64,000 bases of DNA from Balanoglossus misakiensis (Eukaryota; Animalia; Hemichordata). The DNA lies in contig CM082590.2 in NCBI GenBank assembly GCA_040954595.2, positions 8,557,764 to 8,621,763 on the forward strand, written 5' to 3'. The translations under genes and the position numbers were made by a program. Positions 1-15,000 of this stretch are shown one piece after another. Position 1 is the first letter of the stretch, and the number at the start of each line of letters is the position of its first letter. The notes under the pieces are model-generated. The model searched no databases, was not told the DNA's origin, and saw only the letters and a list, made by a program, of their open reading frames with translations.

Positions 1-3000
1 TTTCCATGGCCTATAACCCATGAAAAGTGACCACAGAAGTCAAAATTTCCGAAATTGGCAAAGTGGGCATTGGTCATTTTATCATCATTTCCATGGCCTA
101 TAACCCATGAAAAGTGACCACAGATGTCAAAATTTCCGAAATTGGCAAAGTGGGCATTCGTCATTTTATCATCATTTCCATGGCCTATAACCCATGAAAA
201 GTGACCACAGATGTCAAAATTTCCGAAATTGGCAAAGTGGGCATTCGTCATTTTATCATCATTTCCATGGCCTATAACCCATGAAAAGTGACCACAGATG
301 TCAAAATTTCCGAAATTGGCAAAGTGGGCATTCGTCATTTTATCATCATTTCCATGGCCTATAACCCATGAAAAGTGACCACAGATGTCAAAATTTCCGA
401 AATTGGCAAAGTGGGCATTCGTCATTTTATCATCATTTCCATGGCCTATAACCCATGAAAAGTGACCACAGATGTCAAAATTTCCGAAATTGGCAAAGTG
501 GGCATTCGTCATTTTATCATCATTTCCATGGCCTATAACCCATGAAAAGTGACCACAGATGTCAAAATTTCCGAAATTGGCAAAGTGGGCATTCGTCATT
601 TTATCATCATTTCCATGGCCTATAACCCATGAAAAGTGACCACAGATGTCAAAATTTCCGAAATTGGCAAAGTGGGCATTCGTCATTTTATCATCATTTC
701 CATGGCCTATAACCCATGAAAAGTGACCACAGATGTCAAAATTTCCGAAATTGGCAAAGTGGGCATTCGTCATTTTATCATCATTTCCATGGCCTATAAC
801 CCATGAAAAGTGACCACAGATGTCAAAATTTCCGAAATTGGCAAAGTGGGCATTCGTCATTTTATCATCATTTCCAGGGCCTATAACCCATGAAAAGTGA
901 CCACAGATGTCAAAATTTCCGAAATTGGCAAAGTGGGCATTCGTCATTTTATCATCATTTCCAGGGCCTATAACCCATGAAAAGTGACCACAGATGTCAA
1001 AATTTCCGAAATTGGCAAAGTGGGCATTCGTCATTTTATCATCATTTCCATGGCCTATAACCCATGAAAAGTGACCACAGATGTCAAAATTTCCGAAATT
1101 GGCAAAGTGGGCATTCGTCATTTTATCATCATTTCCATGGCCTATAACCCATGAAAAGTGACCACAGATGTCAAAATTTCCGAAATTGGCAAAGTGGGCA
1201 TTCGTCATTTTATCATCATTTCCATGGCCTATAACCCATGAAAAGTGACCACAGATGTCAAAATTTTCGAAATTGGCAAAGTGGGCATTCGTCATTTTAT
1301 CATCATTTCCATGGCCTATAACCCATGAAAAGTGACCACAGATGTCAAAATTTCCGAAATTGGCAAAGTGGGCATTCGTCATTTTATCATCATTTCCATG
1401 GCCTATAACCCATGAAAAGTGACCACAGATGTCAAAATTTCCGAAATTGGCAAAGTGGGCATTCGTCATTTTATCATCATTTCCATGGCCTATAACCCAT
1501 GAAAAGTGACCACAGATGTCAAAATTTCCGAAATTGGCAAAGTGGGCATTCGTCATTTTATCATCATTTCCATGGCCTATAACCCATGAAAAGTGACCAC
1601 AGATGTCAAAATTTCCGAAATTGGCAAAGTGGGCATTCGTCATTTTATCATCATTTCCATGGCCTATAACCCATGAAAAGTGACCACAGATGTCAAAATT
1701 TCCGAAATTGGCAAAGTGGGCATTCGTCATTTTATCATCATTTCCATGGCCTATAACCCATGAAAAGTGACCACAGATGTCAAAATTTCCGAAATTGGCA
1801 AAGTGGGCATTCGTCATTTTATCATCATTTCCATGGCCTATAACCCATGAAAAGTGACCACAGATGTCAAAATTTCCGAAATTGGCAAAGTGGGCATTCG
1901 TCATTTTATCATCATTTCCATGGCCTATAACCCATGAAAAGTGACCACAGATGTCAAAATTTCCGAAATTGGCAAAGTGGGCATTCGTCATTTTATCATC
2001 ATTTCCATGGCCTATAACCCATGAAAAGTGACCACAGATGTCAAAATTTCCGAAATTGGCAAAGTGGGCATTCGTCATTTTATCATCATTTCCATGGCCT
2101 ATAACCCATGAAAAGTGACCACAGATGTCAAAATTTCCGAAATTGGCAAAGTGGGCATTCGTCATTTTATCATCATTTCCATGGCCTATAACCCATGAAA
2201 AGTGACCACAGATGTCAAAATTTCCGAAATTGGCAAAGTGGGCATTCGTCATTTTATCATCATTTCCAGGGCCTATAACCCATGAAAAGTGACCACAGAT
2301 GTCAAAATTTCCGAAATTGGCAAAGTGGGCATTGGTCATTTTATCATCATTTCCAGGGCCTATAACCCATGAAAAGTGACCACAGATGTCAAAATTTCCG
2401 AAATTGGCAAAGTGGGCATTCGTCATTTTATCATCATTTCCATGGCCTATAACCCATGAGAAGTGACCACAGATGTCAAAATTTCCGAAATTGGCAAAGT
2501 GGGCATTCGTCATTTTATCATCATTTCCATGGCCTATAACCCATGAGAAGTGACCACAGATGTCAAAATTTCCGAAATTGGCAAAGTGGGCATTCGTCAT
2601 TTTATCATCATTTCCAGGGCCTATAACCCATGAGAAGTGACCACAGATGTCAAAATTTCCGAAATTGGCAAAGTGGGCATTCGTCATTTTATCATCATTT
2701 CCAGGGCCTATAACCCATGAAAAGTGACCACAGATGTCAAAATTTCCGAAATTGGCAAAGTGGGCATTCGTCATTTTATCATCATTTCCATGGCCTATAA
2801 CCCATGAAAAGTGACCACAGATGTCAAAATTTCCGAAATTGGCAAAGTGGGCATTCGTCATTTTATCATCATTTCCATGGCCTATAACCAATGAAAAGTG
2901 ACCACAGATGTCAAAATTTCCGAAATTGGCAAAGTGGGCATTCGTCATTTTATCATCATTTCCATGGCCTATAACCCATGTAAAGTGACCACAGATGTCA

Positions 3001-6000
3001 AAATTTCCGAAATTGGCAAAGTGGGCATTCGTCATTTTATCATCATTTCCATGGCCTATAACCCATGAAAAGTGACCACAGATGTCAAAATTTCCGAAAT
3101 TGGCAAAGTGGGCATTCGTCATTTTATCATCATTTCCATGGCCTATAACCCATGAAAAGTGACCACAGATGTCAAAATTTCCGAAATTGGCAAAGTGGGC
3201 ATTCGTCATTTTATCATCATTTCCATGGCCTATAACCCATGAAAAGTGACCACAGATGTCAAAATTTCCGAAATTGGCAAAGTGGGCATTCGTCATTTTA
3301 TCATCATTTCCATGGCCTATACCCCATGAAAAGTGACCACGGATGTCAAAATTTCCGAAATTGGCAAAGTGGGCATTCGTCATTTTATCATCATTTCCAT
3401 GGCCTATAACCCATGAAAAGTGACCACGGATGTCAAAATTTCCGAAATTGGCAAAGTGGGCATTCGTCATTTTATCATCATTTCCATGGCCTATAACCCA
3501 TGAAAAGTGACCACAGATGTCAAAATTTCCGAAATTGGCAAAGTGGGCATTCGTCATTTTATCATCATTTCCATGGCCTATAACCCATGAAAAGTGACCA
3601 CAGATGTCAAAATTTCCGAAATTGGCAAAGTGGGCATTCGTCATTTTATCATCATTTCCATGGCCTATAACCCATGAAAAGTGACCACAGATGTCAAAAT
3701 TTCCGAAATTGGCAAAGTGGGCATTCGTCATTTTATCATCATTTCCAGGGCCTATAACCCATGAAAAGTGACCACAGATGTCAAAATTTCCGAAATTGGC
3801 AAAGTGGGCATTCGTCATTTTATCATCATTTCCAGGGCCTATAACCCATGAAAAGTGACCACAGATGTCAAAATTTCCGAAATTGGCAAAGTGGGCATTC
3901 GTCATTTTATCATCATTTCCATGGCCTATAACCCATGAAAAGTGACCACAGATGTCAAAATTTCCGAAATTGGCAAAGTGGGCATTCGTCATTTTATCAT
4001 CATTTCCATGGCCTATAACCCATGAAAAGTGACCACAGATGTCAAAATTTCCGAAATTGGCAAAGTGGGCATTCGTCATTTTATCATCATTTCCATGGCC
4101 TATAACCCATGAAAAGTGACCACAGATGTCAAAATTTCCGAAATTGGCAAAGTGGGCATTCGTCATTTTATCATCATTTCCATGGCCTATAACCCATGAA
4201 AAGTGACCACAGATGTCAAAATTTCCGAAATTGGCAAAGTGGGCATTGGTCATTTTATCATCATTTCCATGGCCTATAACCCATGAAAAGTGACCACAGA
4301 TGTCAAAATTTCCGAAATTGGCAAAGTGGGCATTCGTCATTTTATCATCATTTCCATGGCCTATAACCCATGAAAAGTGACCACAGATGTCAAAATTTCC
4401 GAAATTGGCAAAGTGGGCATTCGTCATTTTATCATCATTTCCATGGCCTATAACCCATGAAAAGTGACCACAGATGTCAAAATTTCCGAAATTGGCAAAG
4501 TGGGCATTCGTCATTTTATCATCATTTCCAGGGCCTATAACCCATGAAAAGTGACCACAGATGTCAAAATTTCCGAAATTGGCAAAGTGGGCATTCGTCA
4601 TTTTATCATCATTTCCAGGGCCTATAACCCATGAAAAGTGACCACAGATGTCAAAATTTCCGAAATTGGCAAAGTGGGCATTCGTCATTTTATCATCATT
4701 TCCATGGCCTATAACCCATGAAAAGTGACCACAGATGTCAAAATTTCCGAAATTGGCAAAGTGGGCATTCGTCATATTATCATCATTTCCATGGCCTATA
4801 ACCCATGAAAAGTGACCACAGATGTCAAAATTTCCGAAATTGGCAAAGTGGGCATTCGTCATATTATCATCATTTCCATGGCCTATAACCCATGAAAAGT
4901 GACCACAGATGTCAAAATTTCCGAAATTGGCAAAGTGGGCATTCGTCATTTTATCATCATTTCCATGGCCTATAACCCATGAAAAGTGACCACAGATGTC
5001 AAAATTTCCGAAATTGGCAAAGTGGGCATTCGTCATTTTATCATCATTTCCATGGCCTATAACCCATGAAAAGTGACCACAGATGTCAAAATTTCCGAAA
5101 TTGGCAAAGTGGGCATTCGTCATTTTATCATCATTTCCATGGCCTATAACCCATGAAAAGTGACCACAGATGTCAAAATTTCCGAAATTGGCAAAGTGGG
5201 CATTCGTCATTTTATCATCATTTCCATGGCCTATAACCCATGAAAAGTGACCACAGATGTCAAAATTTCCGAAATTGGCAAAGTGGGCATTCGTCATTTT
5301 ATCATCATTTCCATGCCTATAACCCATGAAAAGTGACCACAGATGTCAAAATTTCCGAAATTGGCAAAGTGGGCATTCGTCATTTTATCATCATTTCCAG
5401 GGCCTATAACCCATGAAAAGTGACCACAGATGTCAAAATTTCCGAAATTGGCAAAGTGGGCATTCGTCATTTTATCATCATTTCCATGGCCTATAACCCA
5501 TGAAAAGTGACCACAGATGTCAAAATTTCCGAAATTGGCAAAGTGGGCGTTCGTCATTTTATCATCATTTCCATGGCCTATAACCCATGAACGGTGACCA
5601 CAGATGTCAAAATTTCCGAAATTGGCAAAGTGGGCGTTCGTCATTTTATCATCATTTCCATGGCCTATAACCCATGAAAGGTGACCACAGATGTCAAAAT
5701 TTCCGAAATTGGCAAAGTGGGCATTCGTCATTTTATCATCATTTCCATGGCCTATAACCCAAGAAAAGTGACCACAGATGTCAAAATTTCCGAAATTGGC
5801 AAAGTGGGCATTCGTCATTTTATCATCATTTCCATGGCCTATAACCCATGAAAAGTGACCACAGATGTCAAAATTTCCGAAATTGGCAAAGTGGGCATTC
5901 GTCATTTTATCATCATTTCCATGGCCTATAACCCATGAAAAGTGACCACAGATGTCAAAATTTCCGAAATTGGCAAAGTGGGCATTCGTCATTTTATCAT

Positions 6001-9000
6001 CATTTCCATGGCCTATAACCCATGAAAAGTGACCACAGATGTCAAAATTTCCGAAATTGGCAAAGTGGGCATTCGTCATTTTATCATCATTTCCATGGCC
6101 TATAACCCATGAAAAGTGACCACAGATGTCAAAATTTCCGAAATTGGCAAAGTGGGCATTCGTCATTTTATCATCATTTCCATGGCCTATAACCCATGAA
6201 AAGTGACCACAGATGTCAAAATTTCCGAAATTGGCAAAGTGGGCATTCTTCATTTTATCATCATTTCCATGGCCTATAACCCATGAAAAGTGACCACAGA
6301 TGTCAAAATTTTCGAAATTGGCAAAGTGGGCATTCGTCATTTTATCATCATTTCCATGGCCTATAACCCATGAAAAGTGACCACAGATGTCAAAATTTCC
6401 GAAATTGGCAAAGTGGGCATTCGTCATTTTATCATCATTTCCATGGCCTATAACCCATGAAAAGTGACCACAGATGTCAAAATTTCCGAAATTGGCAAAG
6501 TGGGCATTCGTCATTTTATCATCATTTCCATGGCCTATAACCCATGAAAAGTGACCACAGATGTCAAAATTTCCGAAATTGGCAAAGTGGGCATTCGTCA
6601 TTTTATCATCATTTCCATGGCCTATAACCCATGAAAAGTGACCACAGATGTCAAAATTTCCGAAATTGGCAAAGTGGGCATTCGTCATTTTATCATCATT
6701 TCCATGGCCTATAACCCATGAAAAGTGACCACAGATGTCAAAATTTCCGAAATTGGCAAAGTGGGCATTCGTCATTTTATCATCATTTCCATGGCCTATA
6801 ACCCATGAAAAGTGACCACAGATGTCAAAATTTCCGAAATTGGCAAAGTGGGCATTCGTCATTTTATCATCATTTCCAGGGCCTATAACCCATGAAAAGT
6901 GACCACAGATGTCAAAATTTCCGAAATTGGCAAAGTGGGCATTCGTCATTTTATCATCATTTCCATGGCCTATAACCCATGAAAAGTGACCACAGATGTC
7001 AAAATTTCCGAAATTGGCAAAGTGGGCATTCGTCATTTTATCATCATTTCCATGGCCTATAACCCATGAAAAGTGACCACAGATGTCAAAATTTCCGAAA
7101 TTGGCAAAGTGGGCATTCGTCATTTTATCATCATTTCCATGGCCTATAACCCATGAAAAGTGACCACAGATGTCAAAATTTCCGAAATTGGCAAAGTGGG
7201 CATTCGTCATTTTATCATCATTTCCATGGCCTATAACCCATGAAAAGTGACCACAGATGTCAAAATTTCCGAAATTGGCAAAGTGGGCATTCGTCATTTT
7301 ATCATCATTTCCAGGGCCTATAACCCATGAAAAGTGACCACAGATGTCAAAATTTCCGAAATTGGCAAAGTGGGCATTCGTCATTTTATCATCATTTCCA
7401 TGGCCTATAACCCATGAAAAGTGACCACAGATGTCAAAATTTCCGAAATTGGCAAAGTGGGCATTCGTCATTTTATCATCATTTCCATGGCCTATAACCC
7501 ATGAAAAGTGACCACAGATGTCAAAATTTCCGAAATTGGCAAAGTGGGCATTCGTCATTTTATCATCATTTCCATGGCCTATAACCCATGAAAAGTGACC
7601 ACAGATGTCAAAATTTCCGAAATTGGCAAAGTGGGCATTCGTCATTTTATCATCATTTCCATGGCCTATAACCCATGAAAAGTGACCACAGATGTCAAAA
7701 TTTCCGAAATTGGCAAAGTGGGCATTCGTCATTTTATCATCATTTCCATGGCCTATAACCCATGAAAAGTGACCACAGATGTCAAAATTTCCGAAATTGG
7801 CAAAGTGGGCATTCGTCATTTTATCATCATTTCCATGGCCTATAACCCATGAAAAGTGACCACAGATGTCAAAATTTCCGAAATTGGCAAAGTGGGCATT
7901 CGTCATTTTATCATCATTTCCATGGCCTATAACCCATGAAAAGTGACCACAGATGTCAAAATTTCCGAAATTGGCAAAGTGGGCATTCGTCATTTTATCA
8001 TCATTTCCATGGCCTATAACCCATGAAAAGTGACCACAGATGTCAAAATTTCCGAAATTGGCAAAGTGGGCATTCGTCATTTTATCATCATTTCCATGGC
8101 CTATAACCCATGAAAAGTGACCACAGATGTCAAAATTTCCGAAATTGGCAAAGTGGGCATTCGTCATTTTATCATCATTTCCATGGCCTATAACCCATGA
8201 AAAGTGACCACAGATGTCAAAATTTCCGAAATTGGCAAAGTGGGCATTCGTCATTTTATCATCATTTCCAGGGCCTATAACCCATGAAAAGTGACCACAG
8301 ATGTCAAAATTTCCGAAATTGGCAAAGTGGGCATTCGTCATTTTATCATCATTTCCATGGCCTATAACCCATGAAAAGTGACCACAGATGTCAAAATTTC
8401 CGAAATTGGCAAAGTGGGCATTCGTCATTTTATCATCATTTCCATGGCCTATAACCCATGAAAAGTGACCACAGATGTCAAAATTTCCGAAATTGGCAAA
8501 GTGGGCATTCGTCATTTTATCATCATTTCCATGGCCTATAACCCATGAAAAGTGACCACAGATGTCAAAATTTCCGAAATTGGCAAAGTGGGCATTCGTC
8601 ATTTTATCATCATTTCCATGGCCTATAACCCATGAAAAGTGACCACAGATGTCAAAATTTCCGAAATTGGCAAAGTGGGCATTCGTCATTTTATCATCAT
8701 TTCCATGGCCTATAACCCATGAAAAGTGACCACAGATGTCAAAATTTCCGAAATTGGCAAAGTGGGCATTCGTCATTTTTATCATCATTTCCATGGCCTA
8801 TAACCCATGAAAAGTGACCACAGATGTCAAAATTTCCGAAATTGGCAAAGTGGGCATTCGTCATTTTATCATCATTTCCATGGCCTATAACCCATGAAAA
8901 GTGACCACAGATGTCAAAATTTCCGAAATTGGCAAAGTGGGCATTCGTCATTTTATCATCATTTCCAGGGCCTATAACCCAAGAAAAGTGACCACAGATG

Positions 9001-12000
9001 TCAAAATTTCCGAAATTGGCAAAGTGGGCATTCGTCATTTTATCATCATTTCCATGGCCTATAACCCATGAAAAGTGACCACAGATGTCAAAATTTCCGA
9101 AATTGGCAAAGTGGGCATTCGTCATTTTATCATCATTTCCATGGCCTATAACCCATGAAAAGTGACCACAGATGTCAAAATTTCCGAAATTGGCAAAGTG
9201 GGCATTCGTCATTTTATCATCATTTCCATGGCCTATAACCCATGAAAAGTGACCACAGATGTCAAAATTTCCGAAATTGGCAAAGTGGGCATTCGTCATT
9301 TTATCATCATTTCCATGGCCTATAACCCATGAAAAGTGACCACAGATGTCAAAATTTCCGAAATTGGCAAAGTGGGCATTCGTCATTTTATCATCATTTC
9401 CAGGGCCTACAACCCATGAAAAGTGACCACAGATGTCAAAATTTCCGAAATTGGCAAAGTGGGCATTGGTCATTTTATCATCATTTCCAGGGCCTATAAC
9501 CCATGAAAAGTGACCACAGATGTCAAAATTTCCGAAATTGGCAAAGTGGGCATTGGTCATTTTATCATCATTTCCAGGGCCTATAACCCATGAAAAGTGA
9601 CCACAGATGTCAAAATTTCCGAAATTGGCAAAGTGGGCATTCGTCATTTTATCATCATTTCCATGGCCTATAACCCATGAAAAGTGACCACAGATGTCAA
9701 AATTTCCGAAATTGGCAAAGTGGGCATTCGTCATTTTATCATCATTTCCATGGCCTATAACCCATGAAAAGTGACCACAGATGTCAAAATTTCCGAAATT
9801 GGCAAAGTGGGCATTCGTCATTTTATCATCATTTCCATGGCCTATAACCCATGAAAAGTGACCACAGATGTCAAAATTTCCGAAATTGGCAAAGTGGGCA
9901 TTCGTCATTTTATCATCATTTCCATGGCCTATAACCCATGAAAAGTGACCACAGATGTCAAAATTTCCGAAATTGGCAAAGTGGGCATTCGTCATTTTAT
10001 CATCATTTCCATGGCCTATAACCCATGAAAAGTGACCACAGATGTCAAAATTTCCGAAATTGGCAAAGTGGGCATTCGTCATTTTATCATCATTTCCATG
10101 GCCTATAACCCATGAAAAGTGACCACAGATGTCAAAATTTCCGAAATTGGCAAAGTGGGCATTCGTCATTTTATCATCATTTCCATGGCCTATAACCCAT
10201 GAAAAGTGACCACAGATGTCAAAATTTCCGAAATTGGCAAAGTGGGCATTCGTCATTTTATCATCATTTCCATGGCCTATAACCCATGAAAAGTGACCAC
10301 AGATGTCAAAATTTCCGAAATTGGCAAAGTGGGCGTTCGTCATTTTATCATCATTTCCAGGGCCTATAACCCATGAAAGGTGACCACAGATGTCAAAATT
10401 TCCGAAATTGGCAAAGTGGGCGTTCGTCATTTTATCATCATTTCCATGGCCTATAACCCATGAAAGGTGACCACAGATGTCAAAATTTCCGAAATTGGCA
10501 AAGTGGGCGTTCGTCATTTTATCATCATTTCCATGGCCTATAACCCAAGAAAAGTGACCACAGATGTCAAAATTTCCGAAATTGGCAAAGTGGGCTTTCG
10601 TCATTTTATCATCATTTCCATGGCCTATAACCCATGAAAAGTGACCACAGATGTCAAAATTTCCGAAATTGGCAAAGTGGGCATTCGTCATTTTATCATC
10701 ATTTCCAGGGCCTATAACCCATGAAAAGTGACCACAGATGTCAAAATTTCCGAAATTGGCAAAGTGGGCGTTCGTCATTTTATCATCATTTCCATGGCCT
10801 ATAACCCATGAAAGGTGACCACAGATGTCAAAATTTCCGAAATTGGCAAAGTGGGCATTCGTCATTTTATCATCATTTCCATGGCCTATAACCCAAGAAA
10901 AGTGACCACAGATGTCAAAATTTCCGAAATTGGCAAAGTGGGCATTCGTCATTTTATCATCATTTCCAGGGCCTATAACCCATGAAAAGTGACCACAGAT
11001 GTCAAAATTTCCGAAATTGGCAAAGTGGGCATTCGTCATTTTATCATCATTTCCATGGCCTATAACCCATGAAAAGTGACCACAGATGTCAAAATTTCCG
11101 AAATTGGCAAAGTGGGCATTCGTCATTTTATCATCATTTCCATGGCCTATAACCCATGAAAAGTGACCACAGATGTCAAAATTTCCGAAATTGGCAAAGT
11201 GGGCATTCGTCATTTTATCATCATTTCCATGGCCTATAACCCATGAAAAGTGACCACAGATGTCAAAATTTCCGAAATTGGCAAAGTGGGCATTCGTCAT
11301 TTTATCATCATTTCCATGGCCTATAACCCATGAAAAGTGACCACAGATGTCAAAATTTCCGAAATTGGCAAAGTGGGCATTCGTCATTTTATCATCATTT
11401 CCATGGCCTATAACCCATGAAAAGTGACCACAGATGTCAAAATTTCCGAAATTGGCAAAGTGGGCATTCGTCATTTTATCATCATTTCCATGGCCTATAA
11501 CCCATGAAAAGTGACCACAGATGTCAAAATTTCCGAAATTGGCAAAGTGGGCATTCGTCATTTTATCATCATTTCCATGGCCTATAACCCATGAAAAGTG
11601 ACCACAGATGTCAAAATTTCCGAAATTGGCAAAGTGGGCATTCGTCATTTTATCATCATTTCCATGGCCTATAACCCATGAAAAGTGACCACAGATGTCA
11701 AAATTTCCGAAATTGGCAAAGTGGGCATTCGTCATTTTATCATCATTTCCATGGCCTATAACCCATGAAAAGTGACCACAGATGTCAAAATTTCCGAAAT
11801 TGGCAAAGTGGGCATTCGTCATTTTATCATCATTTCCATGGCCTATAACCCATGAAAAGTGACCACAGATGTCAAAATTTCCGAAATTGGCAAAGTGGGC
11901 ATTCGTCATTTTATCATCATTTCCATGGCCTATAACCCATGAAAAGTGACCACAGATGTCAAAATTTCCGAAATTGGCAAAGTGGGCATTCGTCATTTTA

Positions 12001-15000
12001 TCATCATTTCCATGGCCTATAACCCATGAAAAGTGACCACAGATGTCAAAATTTTCGAAATTGGCAAAGTGGGCATTCGTCATTTTATCATCATTTCCAT
12101 GGCCTATAACCCATGAAAAGTGACCACAGATGTCAAAATTTCCGAAATTGGCAAAGTGGGCATTCGTCATTTTATCATCATTTCCATGGCCTATAACCCA
12201 TGAAAAGTGACCACAGATGTCAAAATTTCCGAAATTGGCAAAGTGGGCATTTGTCATTTTATCATCATTTCCATGGCCTATAACCCATGAAAAGTGACCA
12301 CAGATGTCAAAATTTCCGAAATTGGCAAAGTGGGCATTCGTCATTTTATCATCATTTCCATGGCCTATAACCCATGAAAAGTGACCACAGATGTCAAAAT
12401 TTCCGAAATTGGCAAAGTGGGCATTCGTCATTTTATCATCATTTCCATGGCCTATAACCCATGAAAAGTGACCACAGATGTCAAAATTTCCGAAATTGGC
12501 AAAGTGGGCATTCGTCATTTTATCATCATTTCCAGGGCCTATAACCCATGAAAAGTGACCACAGATGTCAAAATTTCCGAAATTGGCAAAGTGGGCATTC
12601 GTCATTTTATCATCATTTCCAGGGCCTATAACCCATGAAAAGTGACCACAGATGTCAAAATTTCCGAAATTGGCAAAGTGGGCATTGGTCATTTTATCAT
12701 CATTTCCAGGGCCTATAACCCATGAAAAGTGACCACAGATGTCAAAATTTCCGAAATTGGCAAAGTGGGCATTGGTCATTTTATCATCATTTCCAGGGCC
12801 TATAACCCATGAAAAGTGACCACAGATGTCAAAATTTCCGAAATTGGCAAAGTGGGCATTCGTCATTTTATCATCATTTCCATGGCCTATAACCCATGAA
12901 AAGTGACCACAGATGTCAAAATTTCCGAAATTGGCAAAGTGGGCATTCGTCATTTTATCATCATTTCCATGGCCTATAACCCATGAAAAGTGACCACAGA
13001 TGTCAAAATTTCCGAAATTGGCAAAGTGGGCATTCGTCATTTTATCATCATTTCCATGGCCTATAACCCATGAAAAGTGACCACAGATGTCAAAATTTCC
13101 GAAATTGGCAAAGTGGGCATTCGTCATTTTATCATCATTTCCATGGCCTATAACCCATGAAAAGTGACCACAGATGTCAAAATTTCCGAAATTGGCAAAG
13201 TGGGCATTCGTCATTTTATCATCATTTCCATGGCCTATAACCCATGAAAAGTGACCACAGATGTCAAAATTTCCGAAATTGGCAAAGTGGGCATTCGTCA
13301 TTTTATCATCATTTCCATGGCCTATAACCCATGAAAAGTGACCACAGATGTCAAAATTTCCGAAATTGGCAAAGTGGGCATTCGTCATTTTATCATCATT
13401 TCCATGGCCTATAACCCATGAAAAGTGACCACAGATGTCAAAATTTCCGAAATTGGCAAAGTGGGCATTCGTCATTTTATCATCATTTCCATGGCCTATA
13501 ACCCATGAAAAGTGACCACAGATGTCAAAATTTCCGAAATTGGCAAAGTGGGCATTCGTCATTTTATCATCATTTCCAGGGCCTATAACCCATGAAAAGT
13601 GACCACAGATGTCAAAATTTCCGAAATTGGCAAAGTGGGCGTTCGTCATTTTATCATCATTTCCATGGCCTATAACCCATGAAAGGTGACCACAGATGTC
13701 AAAATTTCCGAAATTGGCAAAGTGGGCATTCGTCATTTTATCATCATTTCCATGGCCTATAACCCAAGAAAAGTGACCACAGATGTCAAAATTTCCGAAA
13801 TTGGCAAAGTGGGCATTCGTCATTTTATCATCATTTCCATGGCCTATAACCCATGAAAAGTGACCACAGATGTCAAAATTTCCGAAATTGGCAAAGTGGG
13901 CATTCGTCATTTTATCATCATTTCCATGGCCTATAACCCATGAAAAGTGACCACAGATGTCAAAATTTCCGAAATTGGCAAAGTGGGCATTCGTCATTTT
14001 ATCATCATTTCCATGGCCTATAACCCATGAAAAGTGACCACAGATGTCAAAATTTCCGAAATTGGCAAAGTGGGCGTTCGTCATTTTATCATCATTTCCA
14101 TGGCCTATAACCCATGAAAGGTGACCACAGATGTCAAAATTTCCGAAATTGGCAAAGTGGGCATTCGTCATTTTATCATCATTTCCATGGCCTATAACCC
14201 AAGAAAAGTGACCACAGATGTCAAAATTTCCGAAATTGGCAAAGTGGGCATTCGTCATTTTATCATCATTTCCAGGGCCTATAACCCATGAAAAGTGACC
14301 ACAGATGTCAAAATTTCCGAAATTGGCAAAGTGGGCATTCGTCATTTTATCATCATTTCCATGGCCTATAACCCATGAAAAGTGACCACAGATGTCAAAA
14401 TTTCCGAAATTGGCAAAGTGGGCATTGGTCATTTTATCATCATTTCCATGGCCTATAACCCATGAAAAGTGACCACAGATGTCAAAATTTCCGAAATTGG
14501 CAAAGTGGGCATTGGTCATTTTATCATCATTTCCATGGCCTATAACCCATGAAAAGTGACCACAGATGTCAAAATTTCCGAAATTGGCAAAGTGGGCATT
14601 CGTCATTTTATCATCATTTCCATGGCCTATAACCCATGAAAAGTGACCACAGATGTCAAAATTTCCGAAATTGGCAAAGTGGGCATTCGTCATTTTATCA
14701 TCATTTCCATGGCCTATAACCCATGAAAAGTGACCACAGATGTCAAAATTTCCGAAATTGGCAAAGTGGGCATTCGTCATTTTATCATCATTTCCATGGC
14801 CTATAACCCATGAAAAGTGACCACAGATGTCAAAATTTCCGAAATTGGCAAAGTGGGCATTCGTCATTTTATCATCATTTACATGGCCTATAACCCATGA
14901 AAAGTGACCACAGATGTCAAAATTTCCGAAATTGGCAAAGTGGGCATTCGTCATTTTATCATCATTTCCATGGCCTATAACCCATGAAAAGTGACCACAG

